Below are positions 38,319-46,545 of a DNA stretch of 64,000 bases, piece after piece. The translations under genes and the position numbers were made by a program. Every line of letters starts with the position of its first letter. The first letter of the stretch is position 1. The notes under the pieces are model-generated. The model searched no databases, had not been told where the DNA came from, and was given only the letters and a program-made list of their open reading frames with translations. Origin of the DNA: Planctomycetota bacterium (GTDB lineage Bacteria > Planctomycetota > PLA2 > JAEUHO01); NCBI GenBank assembly GCA_965222115.1, contig CBDCTJ010000003.1:224001-288000 (forward strand), read 5' to 3'.

Positions 38319-41300
38319 TTACCGCCCTTCGGTCGCTTGTTGCTTCAGCATACGTGCAGCGGCGCTGTCGGGGTCAATCCGCAGCGCCGCAAAAGCCTGC
38401 TCCAATGCACCGTCGGCATCGCCATCATCGAGCAACACTTGCCCCAATGAAATGCGATCGTCAAGCACGCCGGCCTCCTCTTGCTTCTCATCGGGAAGCA
38501 TAGCGCCCAACTCCACCTGAACGCGCAGCTCGCGGAGCGCGTCCTTGGTGTTGCCGAGTTCGGTCAGTGCTTTGGCGTAGGTACGGTGAAGCTCCAAATC
38601 GGGCATCTCGTCCCGGGACACGTTGGCCCCAAACGGAGAGATATCCACCATCTCTTCACAAAGTTTGCGCACAGTTTTCCACTCTTTCTTCTCGGCGTGC
38701 CAATCGAGAAGCTCTTTGCGCGCTTTGTAGTCCTTGGGCGCAACGGCAATGTAACCGTGCATCTCTTTGATCGATTCGTCAAGCTTGCCCGCACTGCGGT
38801 AGATCTTGGCGAGCTGCGTGTAGGGATTGTCCTTACCTGAATAGCGCGGGAAACACTTCTTAGCCGCCTGAAGGTGGGCAACCGCTTTGTCGGTATCGGT
38901 GCCGTGGGTCATTTCGTGTTCGGCGAGGAAGAGGCGCGCTCGGAGGTCGTCGCCACCGTCCGCAAGGAACTTCTCGTAGAGCTCCTTGGCAACGCCCGCG
39001 CGCTCTTGCTGCTGCGCCATACGCGCCTGGAGCAAAATGACGTCTGGCAGATCCGGGTCAAGCTTGATCGCCTTTTGCAGGGCCGCGCCCGCGTCAATCT
39101 CCCGCTTGCGCTGGAAGTGACCCCAGGCAAGGCGCGCCCAGGACGCTGCATCCTTTGGGTTCTTGGACGTGCGCGACTTGAGTTTGCGCATGGTGGCGTC
39201 GTTCCACACCGGCACCATCTTGTAGCCGGACACGATCTTGCCAACAAACTCGTGAAACATGGCGTCGTATTTGGACAGTTCAAGCTCGAGTACTTCCTTA
39301 AAGACCTCCGCCGTGGACTTGTCCTTGGCAAATAGCTTGAGCATTTCAGGAATCACCTTGAAGCCGCGCGCCTCTTGAAGGTGTTCGGCAATGAGCCCGC
39401 CCTGGAAGTAGGCAAACATAATATCGGGGCCGCGGAACGCGCTGTTGATGGAGCCCATCTTCAGCAGGCTGCCGTTGTGCCAACGATTGAAGAGTTCGAC
39501 ATCCATGTCGCGCCCCCACACTTCCTTGCGTTGCCCTTCTTCAAAGACGGACAGGCCTTCGGTGAGCCAACGAGGCACCTGTCCCTCGCTCAGCGTGAGC
39601 GTGACCACGTGCGCGAACTCGTGCCATGTGGTGCGCGACCAACTGAACTGCCCCATGGGTTTGGCGGTGGGTCCCAAGAGGGTGACCACGTTGCCAAAGC
39701 ACACACCCAAGGCGGGCAGGCCCAGCGTGCCGACCGAACGCACGGAAAAATCGTCATCGCGATCGAAGGCGTCGGCATAAACGACCTTCGGCGGCTGTAC
39801 GCCGTATTTCTTGCCAAGCACCTCATAGGATTCTTCAAGCAGCGGCAGCAGATAGTGCTTCATGACCGGTGCTTCTTTGAAAGGGATACGAACGACGAAG
39901 TGCTTGGTCTTGTAGACCTTGTGCTTCGGCATGGCAACCGTGAGCACCTCAATCCAATTGTCTCGACGGATGTCGGCGTATTGCTTGGCGACTTCGTAGC
40001 CTTTGTTGAATTGCTTGAGCGCCTCGTCCGTTTTCCCGGTGTTCATGAGCGCTTCGCCGAGCACGACGTAGGCGTTGCGATTGGCCGGGTCGACCTCGAT
40101 GGCTTTGCGTGCGAGTGTGCCCGCCGTGTCGTAGCGACGCTGACGCTCTCCCACGAGTTCGGACACCGTGATGTAGAACTCGCCATAGAGCGGATCGCGC
40201 TTCAACACCGTGTCGCGAAGTGCTTCGAACGGCTCTTGCTCGCCGCGAATGTAGTGCAGCGCTGCTTTGATCGAGTTGACGTCCTTGTTTTCAGGATCAA
40301 CGGCCTGAGCACGCTTGATTAACTTCTCAGCGTCGTCGTAATCACCGTCCCCCACATGAATCTTGGCTTTGAGCGCCAGTGCGGGAACGAGTTTGGGATT
40401 GGTCTGGAGCGCACGCGTAAGGCCCTTGAGTGCTTGCGACTGCTTGTAGAACACCAGTTGGGTATGGGCCAACCCCACGCGAGCAATCGCGAGTTCCGAG
40501 TTTTGTTTTAGGAGGCGTTGGTAGTACTTGGCGGCCGTGCTTTGCCCCTGCACCCCCTTGTCGCTGCGAAACAGGTCCGCCAATTGAAGCGTGGCATCGG
40601 TATCGGATTCGTGATCCTTGACGTAGCGTTGCATGAGGCCCAATGCCTGCTGCAACATGTCGTCGCCCGGTTTGGGGCTGAGCCATGTGGCGCGTTCTGC
40701 GGCCCGGGCCACCCACGGGTTATCGGACGGAATCGTCTGCTCGCCGTTGTAGGCCTCCAACACCTGATCCAAGACAGCGAGCGCCTCTTTTCGTCGCCCA
40801 AACTCCTCATGGACTTCCGAAAGAAATACGCGCGCCATCACGTCTTTGGCATCGGCTTTCGCGGCGGCGCTGGCGGCCTTCTCCAGCGATGCCCAGTCAC
40901 CGACGTCGCGCCACAGGCGATATTGCAATGCCCTGATACGCACGTCGTCGGGCGTTACCTTGCGGGCGGCAGCGACAGTTTCGATGGCTTCCTTATATTT
41001 TCCGGTTCTACGCTGCACGCGGGCGGTGAGAAACGCAACAAGCGGATTGTCTTTGTCGTAGCGCGCAAGACGCTTCATGCGGGATAGCACTTCGTCGTGA
41101 CTGCCCCGCCGGAAGGCCTCGATTCCTTTCTCGGTGTGCCGCTCGATGGCCTCGAGTCGTTCTTCTTCTTCCTCGGACAGTTCTTCTTCGTCTTCGGATT
41201 CGCGATCGGCGACCCTTTCCGATGCCGCGGCCCCGTCATCTTTTTCGTCATCTGCGTGGACGGGAAGGGGTGCAGCCCCGAAGCCCACAGATAACAGCAG

Positions 41301-41426
41301 CGCCGCGAGCATGACCAGGTGGATTAGACGTCGATGCCACGCACGGCGGGGGCTTTGATTCGGATCCGCAGACAGCGAATGGTTCGCGCCCGCTTCGTCG
41401 ATTAGAAGCAAATCGGAATGAGGCAT
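38319..41426 (-). CDS. Exported TPR-repeat protein with a peptidase MA-like (gluzincin) domain
   Basis: WHEFAHVVT...PRWLTEGLS zinc motif flanked by many TPRs; signal-like segment ending VHA; GGAG RBS before ATG 41426. Confidence 0.85.
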   Translation of the reverse strand: MPHSDLLLIDEAGANHSLSADPNQSPRRAWHRRLIHLVMLAALLLSVGFGAAPLPVHADDEKDDGAAASERVADRESEDEEELSEEEEERLEAIERHTEKGIEAFRRGSHDEVLSRMKRLARYDKDNPLVAFLTARVQRRTGKYKEAIETVAAARKVTPDDVRIRALQYRLWRDVGDWASLEKAASAAAKADAKDVMARVFLSEVHEEFGRRKEALAVLDQVLEAYNGEQTIPSDNPWVARAAERATWLSPKPGDDMLQQALGLMQRYVKDHESDTDATLQLADLFRSDKGVQGQSTAAKYYQRLLKQNSELAIARVGLAHTQLVFYKQSQALKGLTRALQTNPKLVPALALKAKIHVGDGDYDDAEKLIKRAQAVDPENKDVNSIKAALHYIRGEQEPFEALRDTVLKRDPLYGEFYITVSELVGERQRRYDTAGTLARKAIEVDPANRNAYVVLGEALMNTGKTDEALKQFNKGYEVAKQYADIRRDNWIEVLTVAMPKHKVYKTKHFVVRIPFKEAPVMKHYLLPLLEESYEVLGKKYGVQPPKVVYADAFDRDDDFSVRSVGTLGLPALGVCFGNVVTLLGPTAKPMGQFSWSRTTWHEFAHVVTLTLSEGQVPRWLTEGLSVFEEGQRKEVWGRDMDVELFNRWHNGSLLKMGSINSAFRGPDIMFAYFQGGLIAEHLQEARGFKVIPEMLKLFAKDKSTAEVFKEVLELELSKYDAMFHEFVGKIVSGYKMVPVWNDATMRKLKSRTSKNPKDAASWARLAWGHFQRKREIDAGAALQKAIKLDPDLPDVILLQARMAQQQERAGVAKELYEKFLADGGDDLRARLFLAEHEMTHGTDTDKAVAHLQAAKKCFPRYSGKDNPYTQLAKIYRSAGKLDESIKEMHGYIAVAPKDYKARKELLDWHAEKKEWKTVRKLCEEMVDISPFGANVSRDEMPDLELHRTYAKALTELGNTKDALRELRVQVELGAMLPDEKQEEAGVLDDRISLGQVLLDDGDADGALEQAFAALRIDPDSAAARMLKQQATEGR

Positions 41427-41585
41427 AGGAACTCCACGGGCCGCGGGTCGTTCAGCCGGACGCGCGGGCTCCAAGTGTATCCGCTGTCGCGGCCTGGATT
41501 CGTGTGGACGCACCCGGCGCGTCGTCGAAATCGGCAATCGGGCCGCGAAGCGCTCACGTGCGCCGCGGCGATCCGGTGCAGACGA

Positions 41586-41990
41586 CTACTTGGCAGAGCC
41601 GGCGGGTTTCGTCGATACGCCGAGGTCTTCTAGTTGGGTCTTGAGATCGCGAAACTTGCGACGCGCGTTGTCGAACGCGTTTTGGGCTTCCGTAAACTCG
41701 GGCGTCAAAGCATCAACGCCGGGCTTCAGTTCAGCAATCCTGGCCTCGTTCTTGCTCTTCACCGCTGCCATATAGGGACGATTTACCTTTTCAAGCTTAT
41801 CCCGCACCGTGTTGTAGGCCTCGGTCTTCTCGGCGAACTCCTGCCTCGCAGCGTCAAATGCTTTTTGGAGCTTGGAAATTTTGGCCTTCTTCTCAGCCTC
41901 GGCATCGCCACAGGACATGAGTACTAGGCCGGGGACAACGAAAGCCAAGAGCAAGAAGATGCGAGTCAGAGATTTCGTGCCTGGGGTCAT
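41586..41990 (-). CDS. Coiled-coil lipoprotein
   Basis: AGGAGG RBS; hydrophobic stretch followed by LMSC lipobox; heptad-rich body. Confidence 0.8.
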   Translation of the reverse strand: MTPGTKSLTRIFLLLAFVVPGLVLMSCGDAEAEKKAKISKLQKAFDAARQEFAEKTEAYNTVRDKLEKVNRPYMAAVKSKNEARIAELKPGVDALTPEFTEAQNAFDNARRKFRDLKTQLEDLGVSTKPAGSAK

Positions 41991-42088
41991 GATGTGGTTC
42001 CTCCTGGTGCAACTCACTATAGCCATAGCCCATGTCTATTCACGCTGGGCCTAACCCTGCCTGCCATGGAATCGCTCGACGAGGATAA

Positions 42089-43987
42089 CTAGTCGTCCTC
42101 AGGCTGTGATTCGATGCCGAGAGTCTTGGCGACCAGTCGCTGATGGCGAGGAATCCAAACGGCCTCTTCCCACGACGCGCCCGCCCCGGCAACCACATTC
42201 ATGATCGATGTAGGGTGTTCGGTGTCGTGGCCGCAGCCACAAAGGTGTCCATATTCGTGAGCCAATGTAAGACCTACAGCACTCGCAAACCCGTCGATCA
42301 AGCAACGAATTTTGTCGGCCCGCGCATTCTTGCCGCGATGTTCGCCCCAGCGATACGTGCCGTTTATTAGTTCGAGATCCGACTTGCTTAGCGGTGGCTT
42401 TAACGCGCGCGAGATGTACATCGTTCGTTTTAAGAACGTGCTGTAGACCGATACCCAGGTTCCAAAGGCCTGGCCACCTGCGTTTTCGTGATCGCCGGCG
42501 ATGATGGCAAGCCAGATCTTGGACTGCGGTGTGTCTTTGGGTGGCTGCGTTGCGGTAAGTGAAATTCCCCAGGACCAGCCGGGTATGGGTGTGCCATCGG
42601 GCTCACGGCGAAAGAGCTGATGCGCAATCCGAATGGCGCGAGCAAGAACCTCCTTGCGAACAAACGCGTCGATGTCCTTGTGCTTGCCGTTCGTTGACAA
42701 ACCAAGTTCAAAGAGATCCTTTTCAATGGTTCGCTTTTCACCTTCGCCGTAGGTGAGATAGCCAATCTTACCTCGTTCGCGAACAGGGGGTATGGGCGGC
42801 ACGCCAAAGCCTAAGGGTGGTCCGCATCCCTTGACCAATCGAAACTCCTCGGGCCAGGGTTCCACGCGCCCACGATGCACGCGCCACAACATGAGTGGTG
42901 GATGTTCCAACGACCCGTGATGGGCGAAACCGACGCGCCCCAGCACCGATGGTTTCTTGGCAAAGCCCGCGACGCCTTCCAATACGTGTTTGATGCGACC
43001 CTTCCTTGTATTCGCATACGCGGAAAGAAATCGACGGGTCGCTTCAAAGGCACGAATCGCGGCGTCGTCGAGGGGAATCTCTCGCCGGTCCATAGCATCA
43101 ATAAGCGCTTCGCCGACCCGTCCAGATAACTCTGGATCGATACCGCCAACGATCGCGGCGTTTGACAGTGCTTCTGGCGCTACGGCCAACAGACTCTCAT
43201 CGCGCGCGGGCGCGGCGAGCAACAGCTTGGGTCGCCATTCACTCGCTTCCAAGACTTGCAAAAAGTTGCGCAGCGGTTCGCTCGACAGTGATACGTACAG
43301 CCACTCGGCCTCCATGGCTCGGAGGGGCGCCAGTCGTTCCTCTGCGGTGGCCTCATCGCTCGTCGCGGCCCACGTGCTGATACCGCCGCGGCGAATCCAC
43401 CCACTGACACTTCGCATAAACGCGCTTGCGGTCCTGCGCCCCCACGTCGTCTCTTCGTGAACCACGCCCACACTTCGCGCAGCCAAGGGTGCGAGCAACG
43501 CATCGGCGGCCCATACCGCTTGCCACACTTCCGTGGGCGCCACGTGAAGCACGCGTCCAGGATTTCGCTCCGAGTCGGGGGATGCACCCGATAGTCCAAA
43601 CCACGGCACTTTGAGACTTCGGGCAGCTTTCCAGATCGCTTCATGCCGATCGCGGTCCGCGAAATAGAAAACGGCCTTGGGCTTCGCAGCCTTTGTTGCG
43701 CGCAAGGCAGACTTCAAAGCGTCTCGCGTGGTGCCCGTCTCGAGCACGCGAACTTGGGCACCTGCCGACAGCAGCCCTTCGCTGGGAGCCTTGCCGATCG
43801 CGATCTGCATGGCCGCGGAAACAGAACGAGCGGGAAACTGATCCTTGGCTGGCACGAGCAACGCAAGCGTGATTTTGCCCCCAGACCCTGCTGCGGCACG
43901 CCTCTGTGAAGAAACGGTGACAATTGGCGCTACGCAGAGCAGCGCCGCGAAAATGGGAAAGAGTGGGCCTCGCAAGTACCGCAGCAT
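42089..43987 (-). CDS. Type 1 periplasmic-binding (LivJ/LppC-like) domain fused to a metzincin metallopeptidase domain
   Basis: Signal peptide; VLHVAPT, VGVVHEETTWG, G.VGF..HG binding-protein pattern; C-terminal HEYGHLCGCGH and SIM Met-turn. Confidence 0.75.
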   Translation of the reverse strand: MLRYLRGPLFPIFAALLCVAPIVTVSSQRRAAAGSGGKITLALLVPAKDQFPARSVSAAMQIAIGKAPSEGLLSAGAQVRVLETGTTRDALKSALRATKAAKPKAVFYFADRDRHEAIWKAARSLKVPWFGLSGASPDSERNPGRVLHVAPTEVWQAVWAADALLAPLAARSVGVVHEETTWGRRTASAFMRSVSGWIRRGGISTWAATSDEATAEERLAPLRAMEAEWLYVSLSSEPLRNFLQVLEASEWRPKLLLAAPARDESLLAVAPEALSNAAIVGGIDPELSGRVGEALIDAMDRREIPLDDAAIRAFEATRRFLSAYANTRKGRIKHVLEGVAGFAKKPSVLGRVGFAHHGSLEHPPLMLWRVHRGRVEPWPEEFRLVKGCGPPLGFGVPPIPPVRERGKIGYLTYGEGEKRTIEKDLFELGLSTNGKHKDIDAFVRKEVLARAIRIAHQLFRREPDGTPIPGWSWGISLTATQPPKDTPQSKIWLAIIAGDHENAGGQAFGTWVSVYSTFLKRTMYISRALKPPLSKSDLELINGTYRWGEHRGKNARADKIRCLIDGFASAVGLTLAHEYGHLCGCGHDTEHPTSIMNVVAGAGASWEEAVWIPRHQRLVAKTLGIESQPEDD

Positions 43988-44237
43988 GCGAACAACAGAC
44001 CATCCGGACGGGCGACGTCAAGCGCAGGCCGCTACCTCTGGGCCCCTGATCCGCCCTGAAACCGCGTTTCCCGCCTCATGGTGGTGTTACCAAAGGACCC
44101 TCGAGAATCACGCTGAATTGGACAAGATCCCGCTGGATTCATCGTTGTGTGTGCATAATTCGTGGTCAACACCAATGAAGTCCATGCCGACTTCTGAAAT
44201 TCAGGCGCATCAAGGCGATGCGCAGGGTGGAGGATTT

Positions 44238-45065
44238 ATGATTCGCAACCTTCCATGCGCGACCGGCCTGCTGGCTGTCTTGGTCCTTGGGATCGCGACA
44301 GCGGGTACTGCGTCGGCCGAAGAAAACGACTGCCATCGCCTTGCGATGGAGGTGGTGTGCAACGTGACGCCTGCCAAGGTCATCCTTGTAGGCGATCCAT
44401 TTGACGTCCGCGCCACCGTGACCAACACTGGCGATTTGGCGCTGGCCAATGTGACGTTTGCGCTTGCGGGAACCCCGGGCGTGACGTACGTGGGCGGCGA
44501 TGAACTCAAGCAAAAGATCGAGAAGCTCCCCCCAGGGGAAAGCCGCACGATTACTTGCAAATTCGTCTGTGACGCCGTGGGTTCACGGCGCGTAAACGCC
44601 TCGGCGCGTGAAGAACGCGGCTGGGCGGCATCCGGCTGCATCTGTCAGGTGCTCGTTAAGGGTCTTCCGGCGTTGCAGATGGAAATGATCGACCTCGATC
44701 TTTCCCGCCAGGCCGAAGGCATCTTCAAGAAGGGTGACGAGTTCATCTACATCTTGAAGGTCGAGAACGACGTGGGCACGGCACTGACCGAAGACCTAAA
44801 GATCATGTGGCAACTTCCACCGGAGTTGGAGTTTGTCTCCGGCACGGCGGACGGCGGCTCCACGGTCACGGGCACTGCGCAAACCGCGGAGTCATCGGTG
44901 TTCGCGCTCGATGTAAACAAGGCTCAAAACTTTGAGCTGGTAGTGCGCGTAATTGGCGTGCCGCCCGACAACCTCGTGCAGACGCGCGCTGCGGTGGTTT
45001 CTTCCAACAGCGGGAAAGAACTCGCCACGGAAACCGAAAGCACCACGCTCCAAGAAGCCAACTAG
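44238..45065 (+). CDS. Secreted two-domain DUF11/CARDB protein resembling the C-terminal part of chlamydial OmcB
   Basis: GGAGG RBS; signal ending ASA; VTNTGDLAL.NV, KLPPGES, KGLPAL.MEMID, YILKVEN, LPPELEFVSG, terminal ETESTT; 6 Cys in the mature part. Confidence 0.75.
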   Translation: MIRNLPCATGLLAVLVLGIATAGTASAEENDCHRLAMEVVCNVTPAKVILVGDPFDVRATVTNTGDLALANVTFALAGTPGVTYVGGDELKQKIEKLPPGESRTITCKFVCDAVGSRRVNASAREERGWAASGCICQVLVKGLPALQMEMIDLDLSRQAEGIFKKGDEFIYILKVENDVGTALTEDLKIMWQLPPELEFVSGTADGGSTVTGTAQTAESSVFALDVNKAQNFELVVRVIGVPPDNLVQTRAAVVSSNSGKELATETESTTLQEAN

Positions 45066-45121
45066 CCGCCTCAATCCTCGAGTCCTCTACGGCGCGAGCG
45101 TCGAGCAACAGCAACCCTACG

Positions 45122-45155
45122 CGGGCACAAGTCGATGGCGGCTTGTGCCCGTTTT
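45122..45155 (+). terminator. Rho-independent terminator
   Basis: CGGGCACAAGTCG-atgg-CGGCTTGTGCCCG followed by TTTT, between convergent genes. Confidence 0.8.
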
Positions 45156-45172
45156 CATTGGTTCGCGCGCGA

Positions 45173-46426
45173 CTACCCCTCCATGTCGTCTTCGCTGTAG
45201 CCGTACTTCACGTCTCGGAACTTGCGACGCAACAGTGTCACGGCGGGGCGAACGTCACGATCGCCACGCACCGCTTCGTGCATGAGCTCGGCGATATGCG
45301 CCATCTCTTCCGGTCCCATACCGAACCGTGTCATTTCCTGCACGCCCAACCGTATGCCCTTGGGGTTCATGGCATTCTTCATGGGCTCGCCCGGCAGCAG
45401 ATTCATATTGCAGACAATCTCCTGCTGGCACAGTTTCTTGCTCACTTCACGTCCACCGCCATAGGCCGACACGTCTACGGCCACCTGGTGACTCTTTGAG
45501 AAGCCATGCGCTTCGAGAGCCACCGGAAGTCCGTGTTTGTGCAACGCGGCGCCCAATGCGGCAGAGTTGGCAAGAATCGCTTCGGCATAGCCGGTACCAA
45601 ACGCTTCCATCTCCATTGCGGAGACGAGCAGGGCGGGCAGCGTAAACAAATGGTGGTTGGAGGAACTCCCGGGAAACACACCCTTGTCAAGCGTCTTGCA
45701 GAGTTTCTCATCGTCGCCGCGCGCCAAGACGGTGCCGCGTTGCGGCCCGAAGAAGGTCTTGTGCGTGGAACCGGTAAGCACGTGTGCGCCTTCCCCAAGC
45801 GGGTCTTGGAAGCGGCCGGCGGCGATGAGTCCGAGTACATGGGCACCGTCGTACAAGACCTTGACGCCCTGCTCTTCGCAAACGTCGCGTAGTTCTGCGA
45901 CCGGCTCGGGAAGTAGAAACAGGCTGCGTCCAAAGACGACGAGCGCGGGCTTCTCCTTGGCAATCAGGTCGCGCGATGCCGCTACGTCAATCGTGTAGCC
46001 ATCCTCGGCCATGGGCCACGCGAGAATGTTCCTTGTTCGTTTTCCAAGACTCCCGATGCGTGCGTGAGATATGTGACCGCCCGTGGCGATCGTATGCGCA
46101 ATGGCCGTGGCTCCCTGCGGAACGAGTCGCGAAAATACGGCCTCGTTGGCAACCGTACCGCTGATGGGTCGCACATCGGCCCAGGTGGTACGAAAGAGCT
46201 TGCACATGTGCTCCATGGCGAGCGTTTCGATCTCATCGACGAACTGTGTGCCCTCGTAGTAGCGCTGTCCCGGGTGACCTTCGGCGTAACGATGCATGAG
46301 GTCGCTGTTGATGACACTGCGTGCGGCGGGCGACAGCACATTTTCTGAAGCAATAAGATTGACGGTGCGAGCACGCCAATGGTCGTTGGCTTCGATGGTT
46401 GAACGAACGCGTGCAAGAGGATTCAT
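45173..46426 (-). CDS. glyA: Serine hydroxymethyltransferase, archaeal-type sequence
   Basis: LIASEN, RYAEGHPGQRYYEG, GGHISH, DGAHVLGL, STHKTFFGPQRG (PLP Lys), VFPG..SNHH, GIRLGVQEMTR. Confidence 0.9.
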   Translation of the reverse strand: MNPLARVRSTIEANDHWRARTVNLIASENVLSPAARSVINSDLMHRYAEGHPGQRYYEGTQFVDEIETLAMEHMCKLFRTTWADVRPISGTVANEAVFSRLVPQGATAIAHTIATGGHISHARIGSLGKRTRNILAWPMAEDGYTIDVAASRDLIAKEKPALVVFGRSLFLLPEPVAELRDVCEEQGVKVLYDGAHVLGLIAAGRFQDPLGEGAHVLTGSTHKTFFGPQRGTVLARGDDEKLCKTLDKGVFPGSSSNHHLFTLPALLVSAMEMEAFGTGYAEAILANSAALGAALHKHGLPVALEAHGFSKSHQVAVDVSAYGGGREVSKKLCQQEIVCNMNLLPGEPMKNAMNPKGIRLGVQEMTRFGMGPEEMAHIAELMHEAVRGDRDVRPAVTLLRRKFRDVKYGYSEDDMEG

Positions 46427-46468
46427 GCCGGGCTCCAAAGGGGGCCGGATGGTATCCGATTCTCTTAG

Positions 46469-46493
46469 CCCGGACTATTCATGAACGGCCCGG
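46469..46493. repeat. Family A palindrome, 25-bp copy with a degenerate right arm
   Basis: TTAG-CCCGGACTATTCATGAACGGCCCGG. Confidence 0.75.
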
Positions 46494-46545
46494 AGTACGA
46501 GCGCCGAACACAGGTGGGGCGACTCGCAACCATGAGTCGAACTGA

